64,000 bases of DNA from an uncultured Candidatus Rokubacteria bacterium (GCA_963789955.1 CAWBMV010000022.1:64001-128000); one strand, 5' to 3'; positions 10,605 to 23,229 are shown, counted from the first letter of the stretch. Numbers and translations are program-made. The notes: a model not told the origin generated them from the sequence alone.

Positions 10605-13600
10605 ATGCAGTGGCTGGCCGAGATCTCGATCAAGCGCCCGGTCTTCGCCTCGGTGCTGGTGCTCTCGCTCGTGGTGGTCGGGGCCTTCTCCTACTTCAAC
10701 CTGGGCGTCGACCGGTTCCCGAAGGTCGACTTCCCGACGGTGTCGATGACCACCCGGCAGCCCGGCGCGGCGCCCGAGGAGGTGGAGACCGAGATCACCG
10801 ACCGGATCGAGCGCGCGGTGAACACGATCTCCGGCATCGACGAGCTGCGCTCGATCTCGACCGAAGGCGTCTCGCAGGTCTTCATCCAGTTCAAGCTCGA
10901 GAAGAACGTCGACGTCGCCGCCCAGGAGGTGCGGGACAAGGTCAACCAGATCCTGGCCGACCTGCCGCCGGGACATCGACCGCGCCGATCGTCGACAAGG
11001 TCGACCCGGACGCGGCGCCCGTCCTCTATCTGGCGCTGTCGGCCGAAGCGGCCGATCCGCGAGATCACGGAGTTCGCCGACAAGACCGTGCGGCGCGAGC
11101 TGGAGGCGTCTGCGCGGCGTCGGCCAGGTGCACGATCGTCGGCGGCCGCGCCGCGCCAGGTCAACATCTGGCTGGATCCGGCGCGGCTGCGGGCCTACAA
11201 CCTCACGGTCGCCGAGGTGGCGCGCGCGCGTCGGCAACCAGAACCTCCAGCTGCCCGGCGGCACCGTGAGCCAGGGCCGCGCGAGCTGACCGTGCGCATG
11301 AAGGGCCGGGTCGAACACCGTACGCGAGTTCGACGGCGCTGGTCGTGGCCGACGCGGAACGGCACCCAGATCACGCTCGCGCGACGTCGGCGCGGTCGAG
11401 GACGGCACCGAGGACGTCGAGACCGCGGCGCAACATCGACGGCAAGCCGGCCGTGCGTGCTGGCGATCCGCAAGCAGTCCGGCACCAACACGGTCGCGGT
11501 CGTCGACGCGCGTCAAGGAGCGGCTCGCCGAGATCGAGCCGCGGCTGCCGGCCGGCTACGCGCTCGCAGGTCGTCCGCGACGAGTCGGAGTACATCAAGG
11601 CGTCGGTCGACGACGGTCCAGGAGCACCTGGTGGTCGGCGCGTTCCTGGCGGCGCTGGTGGTGCTGCTGTTCCTGCGGCAACTGGCGCTCCACGGTGATC
11701 GCCGCCATCGCGATCCCGACCTCGATCATCGGCACCTTCGCGCCTCATGTGGGCGATGGGCTTCACGCTCAACATCATGACGCTGCTCGGCGCTGACGCT
11801 GGCGGTCGGCATCGTCATCGACGACGCGATCGTGGTGCTCGAGAACATCTACCGCCTCATGGAGGAGAAGGGGCTGCCGCCGATCGCAGGCCGCGCTCGA
11901 GGGCACGCGCGAGATCGGCCTGGCGGTGCTGGCGACGACGCTGTCGCTCGATCGCCGTGTTCCTGCCGGTGGCGTTCATGGGCGGCATCGTCGGCCGGTT
12001 CATGAACTCGTTCGGGCTCACGATGGCGTTCGTCGATCGTGGTCTCGCTCGCTCGTGGCCTTCACGCTCACGCCGATGCTGGCCAGCCGCTGGCTCTCGG
12101 TCGACCGCACGGCGCGCCGCGCGCTCGCGGGACTCGCGGATCTTCGGCCGGCATCGAGCGCGGCTACGCGACGCGTGCTCGCGTGGTCGATGGCGCACCG
12201 CTGGGTCATCGTGCTGGCGAGCGTCGCGCACGCTGCGTCTCGGTCGTCCCGCTCTTCATGCGTCGCCGGCAAGGACTTCCTGCCGAAGAACGACGAGTCG
12301 CAGTTCGAGGTGAGCCGTGCGCGCGCCCGAAGGCACCACGGTCGAGCAGACCGAGCTGATCGCCGCGCGGGTCGAGCCGCGAGGTCAAGCGTCTGCCCGG
12401 CGTGGCCTACACGGTCGTGCTGGTCGGCGACGACGAGCAGTCGCACCGCCAACGTCGGCCGGGTCTTCGTGAAGCTGGTCGACCGTGCAGGAGCGCAAGC
12501 AAGCCCAGTTCCAGATCATGGACGCAGGTGCGCACGAGGTGCTGCCGCGATTCGCCGCCGAGAGCTGCGGACCAGCGTGTCGCAGGTGGCCGCGATCGCC
12601 GGCGGCGGCTTCACCAACAAGGAGGTCGCGTTCTTCGTCAGCGGGCCCGATCTCAGAAAGCTCGCCGAGTTTTCCCAGCGGATCGCCGCCGCGCTTGAAC
12701 AAGACACCGGGCGTGGTCGACGTCGACACGACCCTGGTGCTCGGCAAGCCCGAGCTGTCGGTGAAGCTCGATCGCGCCAAGGCCGCCGACCTCGGCGTGC
12801 AGGTGGCCGACGTGGCCTCGACGCTCCAGACGATGGTCGCCGGCCAGAAGATCTCGACCTACAACGAGGGCGGCGAGCAGTACGAGGTCCACGCGCGCGC
12901 CGTCCCGTCATGGCGCACGAGCTCCGAGAGCCTGAGCCAGATGAACGTGCCGTCGACGCGGCTCGGCGCCGTCAGCCTCGAGCACGTGGCCTCGTTCGAG
13001 GAGAGCCAGGGACCCTCGCAGGTCGACCGGCTCGGCCGGCGGCGTCAGGTCACGATCACCGCGAACATGCGTACCGGCTACTCCCAGCAGGCGGCGATCG
13101 AGGCGATCGAGCGCGAGGTCAGGGCGCTGAAGCTCGACTCGACGTACGCGACCGGGACGACCGGGACCTCCAAGGAGATGGGCAAGGCCGCCAAGAATTT
13201 CCTGCTGGCCTTCGTGCTGTCGATCATTTTCATGTACCTGGTCCTGGCGGCCCAGTTCGAGTCGTGGCTCCACCCGGTCACGATCCTGATCGCGCTGCCG
13301 CTGACCTTGCCGCTTCGCGCTACTGTCGATCGTGGCCTTCGGGCAGTCGCTCAACATCTATACGGCCCTCGGCCTGCTGGTGCTCTTCGGCGTCGTCAAG
13401 AAGAACGCCATCCTCCAGATCGATCACACGATCGCGCTGCGGGCGCAGGGGATGCGCGCGCGAGGCGGCGATCCTACAAGCCAACCGCGATCGGCTCCGC
13501 CCGATCTTGATGACGACGCTCGCTTTCGTGGCCGGGATGCTCCCGCTCCTGATTTCGCGAGGCGTGGGCGCCGGCGACAATCGGGCGATCGGCTCGGTGA

Positions 13601-13776
13601 TCGCCGGCGGCCAGATGCTGTCGCTCCTCCTGACCCTCCTGGCGACCCCGGTGTTCTACTCGCTGTTCGACGACGCGGCGACCCGCTTCGCTCCGCGCGT
13701 GTGGCTCGGGCGGCTCTTCGGCCGGCGCGCGCCGCGCGGTGACCGCCGACGGATTTCGGTCTTGACCGAACCCTGA
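10605..13776 (+). CDS. RND efflux permease (AcrB/AcrD/AcrF family), multiply frameshifted
   Basis: [67 protein letters not shown]. Confidence 0.9.
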
Positions 13777-13829
13777 TCCCTGGTGTTAGTGGGGGGCGGT
13801 TCGGGGTCGAATCCTCAGGGGGTGTGACC

Positions 13830-15428
13830 ATGGCTGGAGCCGCCAAGCCGAAAGCCGCGAAGCGGGCCGAGGCCGCACCGCAGGCCGCCGCAAAGACGCC
13901 AACGCTTCCGTACACCGGCCGGGAGTTTCTCGAGAGTCTCGACGACGGCCGCGAAGTCTGGATCTACGGCGAGCGCGTCAAGAACATCACGAAGCACCCG
14001 GCCTTCCAGAACTGCGCCCGCATGCTCGCGCGGCTCTACGATGCGTTGCACGACGACCACGCGAGCGGCCGGAACGTCCTGACCGAGCCCACGGAATGGG
14101 GCGGGTTCACGCATCGATACTTCCGCGCTCCCACCACGGTCGAGGAGCAGGTGGCGGGGCGCGACGCCATCGCGGCGTGGGCGCGGATCACTTACGGGTG
14201 GCTCGGGCGCTCGCCCGACTACAAGGCGGCGTTCCTGGGCACGCTCGGCGCCAACGCCGAATTCTATGCGCCGTATCAGGACAACGCGCGGCGCTGGTAT
14301 CGGTTCTCGCAGGAGCGCGTGCCATTCATCAATCACGCGATCATCCATCCTCCCGTCGACCGGAACCTGGCCCCCGGCGCGCCGGGCGGGCCGATCGACA
14401 TCTGCGCGCACGTCACCAAGGAGACCGACGCCGGGATCTACGTCTCCGGCGCCAAGGTCGTCGCGACCGGCTCGGCGCTGACGCACTTCACGTTCGTCGC
14501 GCATCACGGGCTCATTCCGGTCCAGGGCAAGAACTTCGCGATCGTGTTCATGGTGCCGACGAACGCCAAGGGCGTGAAGCTCATCTGCCGCGTGTCGAAC
14601 GAGATGCGCGCGGCCCTGCTCGGCAGCCCGTTCGACTACCCGCTGTCGAGCCGACTCGACGAGAACGACGCGATCTTCGTGATGGACAACGTGTTCGTGC
14701 CCTGGGAAGACGTGTTCGTCTACGCCGACGTCGAGAAGGCGAACAACTTCTTCCCGCGGACCGGCTTCCTGCCGCGCGCCCTCATCCACGGCTGCACGCG
14801 CCTGGCGGTCAAGCTCGACTTCATCACCGGACTCATGATCAAGGCGACCGAGATCACCGGGGCGCGCTCGTTCCGGGGGGTCGAGGCGAACATCGGCGAG
14901 GTCATCGCCTGGCGCAACATGATCTGGGGGCTCTCCGACGCGATGGCCAAGAGCGGCGATCCGTGGACGGGCGGCTGCATCCTGCCGGCCATGGAGCCGG
15001 CGGCCGCCTACCAGGTGCTGGCGCCCGAGGCTTACGTGCAGATCAAGAACCTGATCGAGAAGACCGTCGCCAGCGGGCTCATCTACCTCAACTCGCACGC
15101 GCGCGACTTCAAGAACGCGGATCTGCGCAAGTACCTCGACCTGTATATGCGCGGCTCGGGCGGAGTCGACGCCGTCGAGCGCGTCAAGCTCATGAAGCTC
15201 CTATGGGACGCGGTCGGCACCGAGTTCGGCGGCCGTCACGAGCTCTACGAGATCAACTACTCGGGCAGCCACGAGGAGATCCGGCGCTATGCGTTGCTCG
15301 GCGCGCTCGCCTCGGGCCAGTACGATCGCTGGAAGCAGTTCGCCGAGACCTGCATGGCCGAGTACGACATCGACGGGTGGACGGCGAAGGACCTGATCAA
15401 CGTGAACGGGCTCGGCGCGCCGCGCTGA
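13830..15428 (+). CDS. 4-hydroxyphenylacetate 3-monooxygenase-family oxygenase component (HpaB-like)
   Basis: [64 protein letters not shown]. Confidence 0.92.
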   Translation: MAGAAKPKAAKRAEAAPQAAAKTPTLPYTGREFLESLDDGREVWIYGERVKNITKHPAFQNCARMLARLYDALHDDHASGRNVLTEPTEWGGFTHRYFRAPTTVEEQVAGRDAIAAWARITYGWLGRSPDYKAAFLGTLGANAEFYAPYQDNARRWYRFSQERVPFINHAIIHPPVDRNLAPGAPGGPIDICAHVTKETDAGIYVSGAKVVATGSALTHFTFVAHHGLIPVQGKNFAIVFMVPTNAKGVKLICRVSNEMRAALLGSPFDYPLSSRLDENDAIFVMDNVFVPWEDVFVYADVEKANNFFPRTGFLPRALIHGCTRLAVKLDFITGLMIKATEITGARSFRGVEANIGEVIAWRNMIWGLSDAMAKSGDPWTGGCILPAMEPAAAYQVLAPEAYVQIKNLIEKTVASGLIYLNSHARDFKNADLRKYLDLYMRGSGGVDAVERVKLMKLLWDAVGTEFGGRHELYEINYSGSHEEIRRYALLGALASGQYDRWKQFAETCMAEYDIDGWTAKDLINVNGLGAPR

Positions 15429-15488
15429 CGGGCGCGGCCGGCGGTCGAGCCGTCGGCAGAGGCCCACGGGGTGTTGTATGGTCTGGGC

Positions 15489-16376
15489 ATGAGCGCGACG
15501 TCGGCGGGGGCGCAGTTCCGGGCGGCCGTGAAGGACGAACGGCCGCTGCAGGTGGTCGGATGCATCTACGCGTATGCCGCGCGGATGGCCGAGCGGGTTG
15601 GGTTCAAGGCGATCTATCTGTCCGGTGGTGGCGTCGCGGCGGGGTCGCTTGGTGTGCCCGATCTGGGGATCACGACGCTCGAGGACGTGCTGACCGACGT
15701 GCGACGGATCGCCGGCAGCACGCGGCTGCCGCTCCTGGTGGATGCGGATACGGGATTCGGAGGCGCGTTCAACATCGCCCGGACCGTGCGATCGCTGATC
15801 GCGTCGGGCGCCGGCGCGATGCATATAGAAGATCAGGTGCAGGCCAAGCGGTGTGGGCACCGGCCGGGCAAGGCCATCGTCGCGAAGACCGAGATGGTCG
15901 ACCGCATCAAGGCCGCGGTCGACGCGCGAACCGATCCGGCGTTCGTCATCATGGCCCGGACCGACGCGCTGGCAGTCGAGGGAGTCGAGCCCGCGATCGA
16001 GCGTGCCGCGGCATGTGTCGAAGCCGGCGCCGACATGGTATTTCCGGAGGCGGTCACCGAGCTCGCGGTGTTTCGGCGGTTCGCCGATGCGGTCCGTGTT
16101 CCGATTCTCGCCAACATCACCGAGTTCGGTGTGACGCCGCTGTTCTCCGTCGACGAGCTGGCCGGCGCCGGAGTGGGGATCGTCCTCTATCCGCTGTCGG
16201 CGTTTCGCGCGATGAATGCGGCGGCGCTCTCCGTCTACGAGACCGTCAGACGAGACGGCTCACAGAAGCGCGTCGTCTCCTCGATGCAGACACGCGCCGA
16301 GCTCTACGAATTCCTCGACTACCACGCCTACGAGGGCAAGCTCGACGAGCTCTTCTCGAAGGACCAGAAGGAGTGA
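15489..16376 (+). CDS. prpB: methylisocitrate lyase
   Basis: YLSGGG, DADTGFG, HIEDQV..KRCGH, MARTDA, ANITEFG. Confidence 0.93.
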   Translation: MSATSAGAQFRAAVKDERPLQVVGCIYAYAARMAERVGFKAIYLSGGGVAAGSLGVPDLGITTLEDVLTDVRRIAGSTRLPLLVDADTGFGGAFNIARTVRSLIASGAGAMHIEDQVQAKRCGHRPGKAIVAKTEMVDRIKAAVDARTDPAFVIMARTDALAVEGVEPAIERAAACVEAGADMVFPEAVTELAVFRRFADAVRVPILANITEFGVTPLFSVDELAGAGVGIVLYPLSAFRAMNAAALSVYETVRRDGSQKRVVSSMQTRAELYEFLDYHAYEGKLDELFSKDQKE

Positions 16377-16380
16377 CGCC

Positions 16381-17227
16381 GTGCCGAAGATCCTGACCGA
16401 GGCCCAGGTGCAGTCGTTCCAGCGCGACGGATTCCTGTCGCCCGTGCGCGCGATGAGCGCGGAGCGCGCCGGCCACTATCGCGAGCGGTTCGAGTCGCTG
16501 GAGGCGCGCGTGCTCGGACATCAAGAAGATGAAGACGAAGTCGCATCTTCTCTGTCCGTGGGTGCTCGACATCGCCGAGGACCCGTACGTCCTGGACATC
16601 TTCGAGGACCTGATCGGGCCGAACCTCCGCTGCTGGAGCATGGCGTGGCGGGTGAAGAAGGCCGACGGCGAGACCTTCGCGGGCTGGCATCAGGATTCGT
16701 TCTACGGCTCGGCCGTCCCGGTGGTGCTGGGCGCGCTCGCGCTCTCCGAGTGCGGCAGCCGGCAGGGCTGCTTGCGCGGCATTCCCGGCTCGCACACGTG
16801 GGGCATCCTGCGCCACGAGGAGACCGACGACCCGAAGAGCATCCTGGCGCGCGGCCAGTACATCAGTGAGCCGTTCGACGAGTCGAAGGCGGTCGACTTC
16901 GCGCTTCAGCCGGGCGAGATGGCCATGTTCGACAACTCGCTCGTCCACGGCTCGGCGGGAAACTTCGGACCCGACCGGCGATTCCTCCTGCTCGTCGAGA
17001 TGCTGCCGACGTGGGCGAAGCCCGCGAAGGTGCGCCAGCCCGCGATGCTCATGCGCGGCGTCGATACGTACGACAACTTCGACGACGAGCCCAGGCCCGA
17101 CGCGGAATGGTCCGAGACCGCGCTCGCGAACTGGAGCCGTGTCGTCGGGGCGCGCGCCAGGCTCCTCTTCGAGGACAGCCGCTACGGCCCGAGCGAGGCG
17201 TACGGCGGGTCACGGCCGGCGACATGA
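16381..17227 (+). CDS. phytanoyl-CoA dioxygenase (PhyH) family 2OG-Fe(II) oxygenase; frameshift ~16515
   Basis: LTEAQVQSFQRDGF N-term, WHQD, GCLRGIPGSH, VHGS..N. Confidence 0.85.
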
Positions 17228-17263
17228 GCGGTCGCCCGGAGCAGCTCATATAGCTCATATAGT

Positions 17264-19216
17264 TTGACCGGCTCCGGTCGGGACGGTACCGTGGTTTCCC
17301 TGGCCACTTTCTCGTCTCTCGCTCGAATATTCCGGCGCCGTCCTCCGTTCACCCTGGCCCTCGTGGGGCTGGTGGTGCTGCTCACCGGTCTCACCGGCGC
17401 CATCATCGGCGGCGTGGCCTGGCGCGATCAGCGAGCGCGGTCGCGCGCCCTCCTCGACGCGGCGATGTCCCAGGCCGCCCGGTTGACCGCGGCCCACGCC
17501 GACCGCGTGCTCGAGGACGCCTCGGCGACGGCGCGTCTGGGCGCCGAGATGGTGCAGCAAGGGCAGCTCGATCTCGGAGATGATCGCGCGCTCGAGCGGT
17601 TCACGTTGGCGGTGCTGCGTGCCCACCCGCACCTGAGCTGGGTGAGCTACGGCGACCGGCTCAACCGGTTTCTCGGCGCGTGGCGCGATCCTCGCGACAA
17701 CGTCTACATCAACAAGAGCTTCCCGTATCGAGGTCGCATCCGGCTCGAGGAAGATCGCATGCTCCCGGACGGCCGCCGGGAGCCGGTGCGCCGCACCGAT
17801 GACCATCGCTACCGTCCGACCGAGCGGCCGTACTTCCGCGCTGCGGAAGCTCAACGAGCGCCGGTATGGACCGAGCCGTACGAGTTCTACGCCGGCGGCG
17901 GACTCGGCATCACCTGCGCCGCTCCTGTCCTCGACGTGCTCGGCGGCGTGAAGGGCGTCTTCACCGTGGATTTCTCGCTGGACCGGCTGGCGAGCGCCTT
18001 CAAAGACCTGCAAGTGTCTTCGCGCGGGCGCGTGTTCGTCGCGACGGCGCAGGGCGCGCTGCTGGTCGGGCGCGGGGGCTCCGGCGCCTCGCGTCGAGAG
18101 GTCATCGACGCCGAGCTCGCCGCCGCGGCGATGCGACAGACCCCGGTGAGCGACGCCACGTACGAATTCGAGCACCAGGGCGAGACGTATCTCGCCCGCG
18201 CGGTGCCCATCTCGGTCGGTGATCTGCAGTGGGTGGTGGAGGTCGTCGTCCCCGCGACCGACTACACCGAGCACGTCGACGCCGAGGCCCGCGTCGCGCT
18301 CGCGCTCGGCCTGGTGGCGCTGCTGCTCGCCGTGGCCGGCGGCGTGATGCTGGCGCGGTGGATCGCGCGGCCGTTGCAGGAGCTGGCGCGACACGCGCGC
18401 CGGATCCGTCACGGCGATTTGGCGGTGACCGTCGTGCCCAGGAGCCGGGACGAGATCGGCGTCCTGGCCCGGGCGATGGGCGACATGGTGCAGGCCCTGC
18501 GCGACCGCGATTTCATCCGCGAGACTTTCGGACGCTACGTCAGCCCGGAGCTCGCCGAGCAATGCCTGCGCGACCGCGACGCGTTGCAGCTCGGCGGCGA
18601 GGTGCGAGAGGTCGCGATGCTCATGTCCGACCTCCGCGGCTTCTCCGAGCTCTCGGAGCGTCTCGGCGCGCGGGCGATGATCGGCCTGCTCAACGAATAC
18701 CTGGCCAAGATGACGCCGGTGATCATCCAGCACGGCGGCACGATCAACGAGTTCATCGGCGACGCGATCTTCGTGCTCTTCGGCGCACCGTTCGGCCGTC
18801 CGGACGACGCCGAGCGCGCCGTACGTTGCGCCCACGCGATGCAGCAGGCCCTGCGCGCGTTCAACGCCGACAGCCGGCAGCGCGGCTTGCCCGAGCTCAG
18901 CATGGGCATCGGGCTCCACGTCGGGTCGGTCGTGGCCGGCAACATCGGGAGTACCGAGCGCGTGAAGTACGGCGTGGTCGGACCCGCCGTGAACCTGGTC
19001 GCGCGCATCCAGGCGCTGACACTCGGGGGCGAAGTGCTCATGTCCGACGCGATCCGGAATCTGGTGGCGTCCAGGATCGAGGTCACGCCGGGGCGGCTCG
19101 AGCGGTTCAAGGGTGTCCGCGACGCGGTGTTGGTGTACCGGCTCCTCGCGGTCGCCGACGGGCCCGATCGTTCAGGCGCCGAGCCGCGGATCACGCACCT
19201 CGACGCTGTCGACTAG
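17264..19216 (+). CDS. membrane class III nucleotidyl cyclase (TM-Cache-TM-HAMP-CYC), Cya2-like probable guanylyl cyclase
   Basis: RPYF..WTEPY Cache, RDEIG.LA HAMP, SDLRGFS, INEFIGDAI, GNIGSTERVKYGVVGPAVNLVARIQ. Confidence 0.9.
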   Translation: MTGSGRDGTVVSLATFSSLARIFRRRPPFTLALVGLVVLLTGLTGAIIGGVAWRDQRARSRALLDAAMSQAARLTAAHADRVLEDASATARLGAEMVQQGQLDLGDDRALERFTLAVLRAHPHLSWVSYGDRLNRFLGAWRDPRDNVYINKSFPYRGRIRLEEDRMLPDGRREPVRRTDDHRYRPTERPYFRAAEAQRAPVWTEPYEFYAGGGLGITCAAPVLDVLGGVKGVFTVDFSLDRLASAFKDLQVSSRGRVFVATAQGALLVGRGGSGASRREVIDAELAAAAMRQTPVSDATYEFEHQGETYLARAVPISVGDLQWVVEVVVPATDYTEHVDAEARVALALGLVALLLAVAGGVMLARWIARPLQELARHARRIRHGDLAVTVVPRSRDEIGVLARAMGDMVQALRDRDFIRETFGRYVSPELAEQCLRDRDALQLGGEVREVAMLMSDLRGFSELSERLGARAMIGLLNEYLAKMTPVIIQHGGTINEFIGDAIFVLFGAPFGRPDDAERAVRCAHAMQQALRAFNADSRQRGLPELSMGIGLHVGSVVAGNIGSTERVKYGVVGPAVNLVARIQALTLGGEVLMSDAIRNLVASRIEVTPGRLERFKGVRDAVLVYRLLAVADGPDRSGAEPRITHLDAVD

Positions 19217-19413
19217 CGCTCGTTCTCCCGGGTAGCCCAGCTTTTCGGAAAGTTTGGGAACCTGCTGTGTCCTGAGAGGAAAGTCGCCGACCTGATCAGA
19301 AACTGACCGGCTCGGGCCCGGTCAGCGGACCGGTCCTTCCGTAGTCTTACCGGAATTTCAGCCATTTCCGACGCACCCAGGTCTGGCACCACGCGTGCTT
19401 TCTCTAACGTGTC

Positions 19414-20520
19414 ATGGACATCCCGGGCGCGAAGATGGGGAATCTGAGCTTGACCGGGGTCATGGGTGCGACCACCAAGGAACACGGCGCCCAACTGGTC
19501 GAAGACCTCCTGCAGCTCGGGATCGCCATCAGCAGCGAGGGCGAGCTCGCCCCCGTGCTCGAGCGCATCGTGACCCAGGCGCGCCGCTTCACGGGCGCCG
19601 AGGCGGCGACCCTCTTCCTGCGGGAAGGCGCGCATCTGCGCTTCGCCGTGGTCCAGAACGAGATCACCAACCGGCGGCTCGGCGACTACGAGCTGCAACA
19701 GCGACTCGATATCGAGCGGCTGCCGCTCGACGTGCCGAGCCTCGCGGGCTATGTCGCGAACTCCGGCGAGGTGGTCAATGTGCCGGAAGCCTACGACATC
19801 CCCAGTGACGCGCCCTACGCCTTCAACTGGCGCGTGGATCTGACGACGGGCTATCGAACCCATTCGGTGCTGGCGGTCCCGCTGCGAGACGCGTCACAGC
19901 GAAACCTCGGCGTCCTGCAGCTGATCAACGCGATCGGGAGCGACGGTCAGGCGGTTCCGTTTCATCCGCGCCTCGAGGACGTGGCCAGGGCCTTCGCCGC
20001 CTACGCGGCGATCGCCGTCCGCAGCGCACGGCTGGAGGAGCTGTCGTTCAAGGATCCGCTCACCGACGGCTACAACCGGCGCTATCTGATGCTGCGGCTC
20101 TATGAAGAGGTGAGCCGCGCGGCCCGTTATCAGCAGCCGCTCTCGCTGATCCTGCTCGACCTCGACGGGTTCAAGGCCGTCAACGATCGCTACGGCCACG
20201 GCGCCGGCGACGACGTGCTCAAGCAGGTCGTGCAGCTCCTGGCGAGCCAATCGCGGCGGGACTCGGTCGTGGCGCGCTACGGCGGGGACGAGTTCATCGC
20301 GCTGCTGCCGAGCACCACCAAGGCGGCGGCCCTGGTGTACGCGGAGCGGATGCGCGCGATCATCGAGCGCTATCCGTTCCAGCACGGACCGCTGACGGCG
20401 AGCTTCGGCGTCGCCGGCTATCCCGACGATCCGGGGAACGTCACCGACTTGATCAAGCGCGCGGACCACGCCCTCTACGACGCCAAGCGACAGGGACGCA
20501 ACCTCGTGGGAGGTCTCTGA
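19414..20520 (+). CDS. GAF-GGDEF diguanylate cyclase
   Basis: GYRTHSVLAVPL..GVLQLIN GAF; DPLT..NRR, DLDGFKAVNDRYGH..GD, RYGGDEF. Confidence 0.93.
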   Translation: MDIPGAKMGNLSLTGVMGATTKEHGAQLVEDLLQLGIAISSEGELAPVLERIVTQARRFTGAEAATLFLREGAHLRFAVVQNEITNRRLGDYELQQRLDIERLPLDVPSLAGYVANSGEVVNVPEAYDIPSDAPYAFNWRVDLTTGYRTHSVLAVPLRDASQRNLGVLQLINAIGSDGQAVPFHPRLEDVARAFAAYAAIAVRSARLEELSFKDPLTDGYNRRYLMLRLYEEVSRAARYQQPLSLILLDLDGFKAVNDRYGHGAGDDVLKQVVQLLASQSRRDSVVARYGGDEFIALLPSTTKAAALVYAERMRAIIERYPFQHGPLTASFGVAGYPDDPGNVTDLIKRADHALYDAKRQGRNLVGGL

Positions 20521-20521
20521 G

Positions 20522-20938
20522 ATGAGCACGCTCGCCGGCACCGCGCGCGCGACCAAGCGCGTGCTGATCGTCGATGACGACGCGGCGGTGGTGCAGGTGC
20601 TGCACGACGCGCTCGGCCTGTTCCGTCACGACCACGCCTACTCGGTCGAGATCGCGCGCGACGGCGCCGAAGGCTTCGCGGCGCTCGAGCGCGCCGAGTT
20701 CGACCTGGTCCTGCTCGACATGTACATGCCGCGCATGACCGGTCTCGAGCTGCTCGCGAAGATGCGGCAGCGCGGCCTGCGGACGCCGGTTTTGATGCTG
20801 ACGGGCAACGAGGACAACCGATCCGCGGCCAATGCGCTCGCGGGGGGCATCTTTGCCTACGTGCCCAAGCCGTTCGATCTGCAGCATCTCGAGATGCTGA
20901 TCTCGCTCGCCGCCTCATCGCGTCCAGCGGTCGCCTGA
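20522..20938 (+). CDS. single-domain response regulator
   Basis: VLIVDDD, LLDMYMP..G, LTG, KPF. Confidence 0.9.
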   Translation: MSTLAGTARATKRVLIVDDDAAVVQVLHDALGLFRHDHAYSVEIARDGAEGFAALERAEFDLVLLDMYMPRMTGLELLAKMRQRGLRTPVLMLTGNEDNRSAANALAGGIFAYVPKPFDLQHLEMLISLAASSRPAVA

Positions 20939-20984
20939 GCCGAGTTTCCCCGACCGGGTACCGCCCGAGCGGCGGCCGCGCGCC

Positions 20985-21459
20985 TCAGCGTCCGAGCCAG
21001 TGGATGACGGTGCCGATCACGCCGGCGCCGGCGATGAGCCACACGGAATTGATCCGCCACCGCAGCAGCAGAATTGTCGCCACCAGCGCCAGGGCGGCGC
21101 TCGGCCCGTCGATCACGGCGCTGCGTCCGAGCTGCCAGGTGACCGCCAGCATGAGCCCGATCGCCGCAACGTTCACGCGAGCTGCGGAGGCGGGGCACGA
21201 GCGGATACACGATCGCGACGAATACGAACGACGGCAGGAAGATCGCCAGCTCGGTCGAGGTGGGGCCGGGGATGAGATTGCTGGCGCCGAGCAGATCGAG
21301 GAATTGCTGCTCGGTCACCCAGCGCCGCCGCGTTACGACCTCGTCGCGCATGAGCGCGATGTGCGCCGCGGGCCCGCCGAATGCGACGAAGCCGAGCTTC
21401 AAGAAGAGCGCGGCGACCTCGCTCAGCGATCCCGCGTGAGACGGTCCGGCGTCACGCAC
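20985..21459 (-). pseudogene. chrA: chromate transporter (ChrA) remnant with internal deletion
   Basis: [27 protein letters not shown] joined directly to C-half FLPSFVFV; ~155 codons versus ~390 typical; further break ~21180. Confidence 0.75.
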
Positions 21460-21557
21460 CCGCCGATGATACTCAAACCCGATCGAGCCCGATGTCGCGC
21501 GGTCCTGTGACCGCTCGCCAAGCGAGTTGACCCCGGCGATCCGATCGCGTAGATCTG

Positions 21558-23204
21558 ATGGCTATGAGCGATCCGGTCACGGTGTCGGTCCTGACGCATC
21601 GCCTCGAGGCCATCGTGCAGGAGATGGGCGAAGCGATGCTGCGCACGGCGTACTCCCAGATCCTGAACTCGAGCCGCGACTTCTCGACGGCCCTCTGCGA
21701 CGCGGGCGCGCGGCTGATCGCACAAGCCGAGCACGTGCCGATCCACGTGGGCGCGATCCCGTGGGCGGTCGAGTCCGTGCGCGACTCCTTCAAGGGACGG
21801 GTGAGACCGGGCGACGTCTATCTCCTCAACGATCCGTATCACGGCAACAACCACCTTCCCGACCTGACGGCGTTCGTGCCGGTGTTCGTCGGCGACGAGG
21901 TCGCCTTCTGGTCCATCAATCGGGCCCACCAGAGCGACATCGGCGGCTCGACCCACGGCGCCTACAATCCGGGCGCTACCGAGATCTGGCAGGAGGGGCT
22001 GCGCATCACGCCGCTGAAGCTCTACGACGCCGGAGAGCTGCGCGACGACGTGCTGCGCATGATCACCACGAACGTCCGCCACCCGCACGACTTCATGGGC
22101 GATCTGCGCGCGATGATCGGCTCGGCGCGCGTCGGCGAGCGGCGGCTGCTCGCGCTCATCGCGGAGTACGGCGCCTCGACGGTGCTCGAGGCGATCGACG
22201 AGATCCTGGACGGCGCCGAGCGCCAGGCGCGCGCGTGCGTCGCCACGTGGAAGGACGGCGTCTATCGCGGCGAGACGATCCTGGACGACGACGGCCACGA
22301 GTTCACCGACATCTGGATCCGCGCCACGGTGACCAAGCGGGGCGATGGGCTGACGGTCGACCTCAGCGACTCGCATCCTCAAGTCACGGGATTCGTGAAC
22401 TCGTCGTTCCCGAACACGATGTCGGCGGTGCACATGGCCTTCGCGTATCTCATCGATCCGCGGACGCCGAAGAACTCGGGCACGTTCCGGCCGGTCAAGG
22501 TGATCGCCAAGCAAGGCACGATCGTCTGGCCGTTTCCGCCGGCGCCGGTGACCCTGGCGACGAATCACTGCGCGCAGGAGATCGCCGAGGCGATGATCCG
22601 GGCGCTGGCGCCGGCGTGCCCCGATCGCGTGCTCTCGGGCTGGGGCCGTCGATTCCGCATCGCGATCAAGGGTGTGAATCCGCGGACCCGCAAGCCGTTC
22701 ATCTGGCACATGTTCCACGCGCGGCCGGGCGGCGGCGCCAGCGTCGCGGGCGACGGGTGGGAGACCGCGGGCGAGGGACAGGCAGCCGGCGGCATCAAGT
22801 TCGGGAGCGTCGAGGTCGCCGAAGCACGGTTCCCGCTGACGTTCGAGCGCCACGAGTTCAGACCCGACTCCGCCGGCGACGGCATGCATCGCGGCGGCGT
22901 CGGCGCGGTGCTGCGCCTGCGGGTCGACATCGAGGATCCGGCGGTCGCCAATACGGCCGGCGACGGCGTGCGCCACGCCCCGTACGGCCTCCTCGGCGGC
23001 AAGGACGGCTTGCCTCATCGCTACCGGCTCGAGTCGCGCGGGCGGGCGAGCCGCGTCTTGAAGACCAAGGAAGTCGGCGTGCCCGTTCGGAAGGGCGACG
23101 TGTTTCTGATCGAGTCTTCGGGGGGAGGCGGCTATGGGCCGCCGTCGAAGCGTGCCCGGCAAGCGCGGGCGACCGATCGCGAGAATGGATTCGTGAAGAA
23201 GTAA
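21558..23204 (+). CDS. hydantoinase B/oxoprolinase family protein
   Basis: [44 protein letters not shown]. Confidence 0.93.
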   Translation: MAMSDPVTVSVLTHRLEAIVQEMGEAMLRTAYSQILNSSRDFSTALCDAGARLIAQAEHVPIHVGAIPWAVESVRDSFKGRVRPGDVYLLNDPYHGNNHLPDLTAFVPVFVGDEVAFWSINRAHQSDIGGSTHGAYNPGATEIWQEGLRITPLKLYDAGELRDDVLRMITTNVRHPHDFMGDLRAMIGSARVGERRLLALIAEYGASTVLEAIDEILDGAERQARACVATWKDGVYRGETILDDDGHEFTDIWIRATVTKRGDGLTVDLSDSHPQVTGFVNSSFPNTMSAVHMAFAYLIDPRTPKNSGTFRPVKVIAKQGTIVWPFPPAPVTLATNHCAQEIAEAMIRALAPACPDRVLSGWGRRFRIAIKGVNPRTRKPFIWHMFHARPGGGASVAGDGWETAGEGQAAGGIKFGSVEVAEARFPLTFERHEFRPDSAGDGMHRGGVGAVLRLRVDIEDPAVANTAGDGVRHAPYGLLGGKDGLPHRYRLESRGRASRVLKTKEVGVPVRKGDVFLIESSGGGGYGPPSKRARQARATDRENGFVKK

Positions 23205-23229
23205 TCGGGGGAGCCGAAGCTCCCCCGAT
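23204..23229. terminator. hairpin between convergent genes
   Basis: ATCGGGGGAGC-CGAA-GCTCCCCCGAT, 11-bp perfect stem. Confidence 0.65.

Noticed and set aside
9597..11780. Apparent MFP-AcrB fusion ORF
   Set aside because: Chance frame join caused by indels; AcrB has its own GGAGG SD and ATG at 10605
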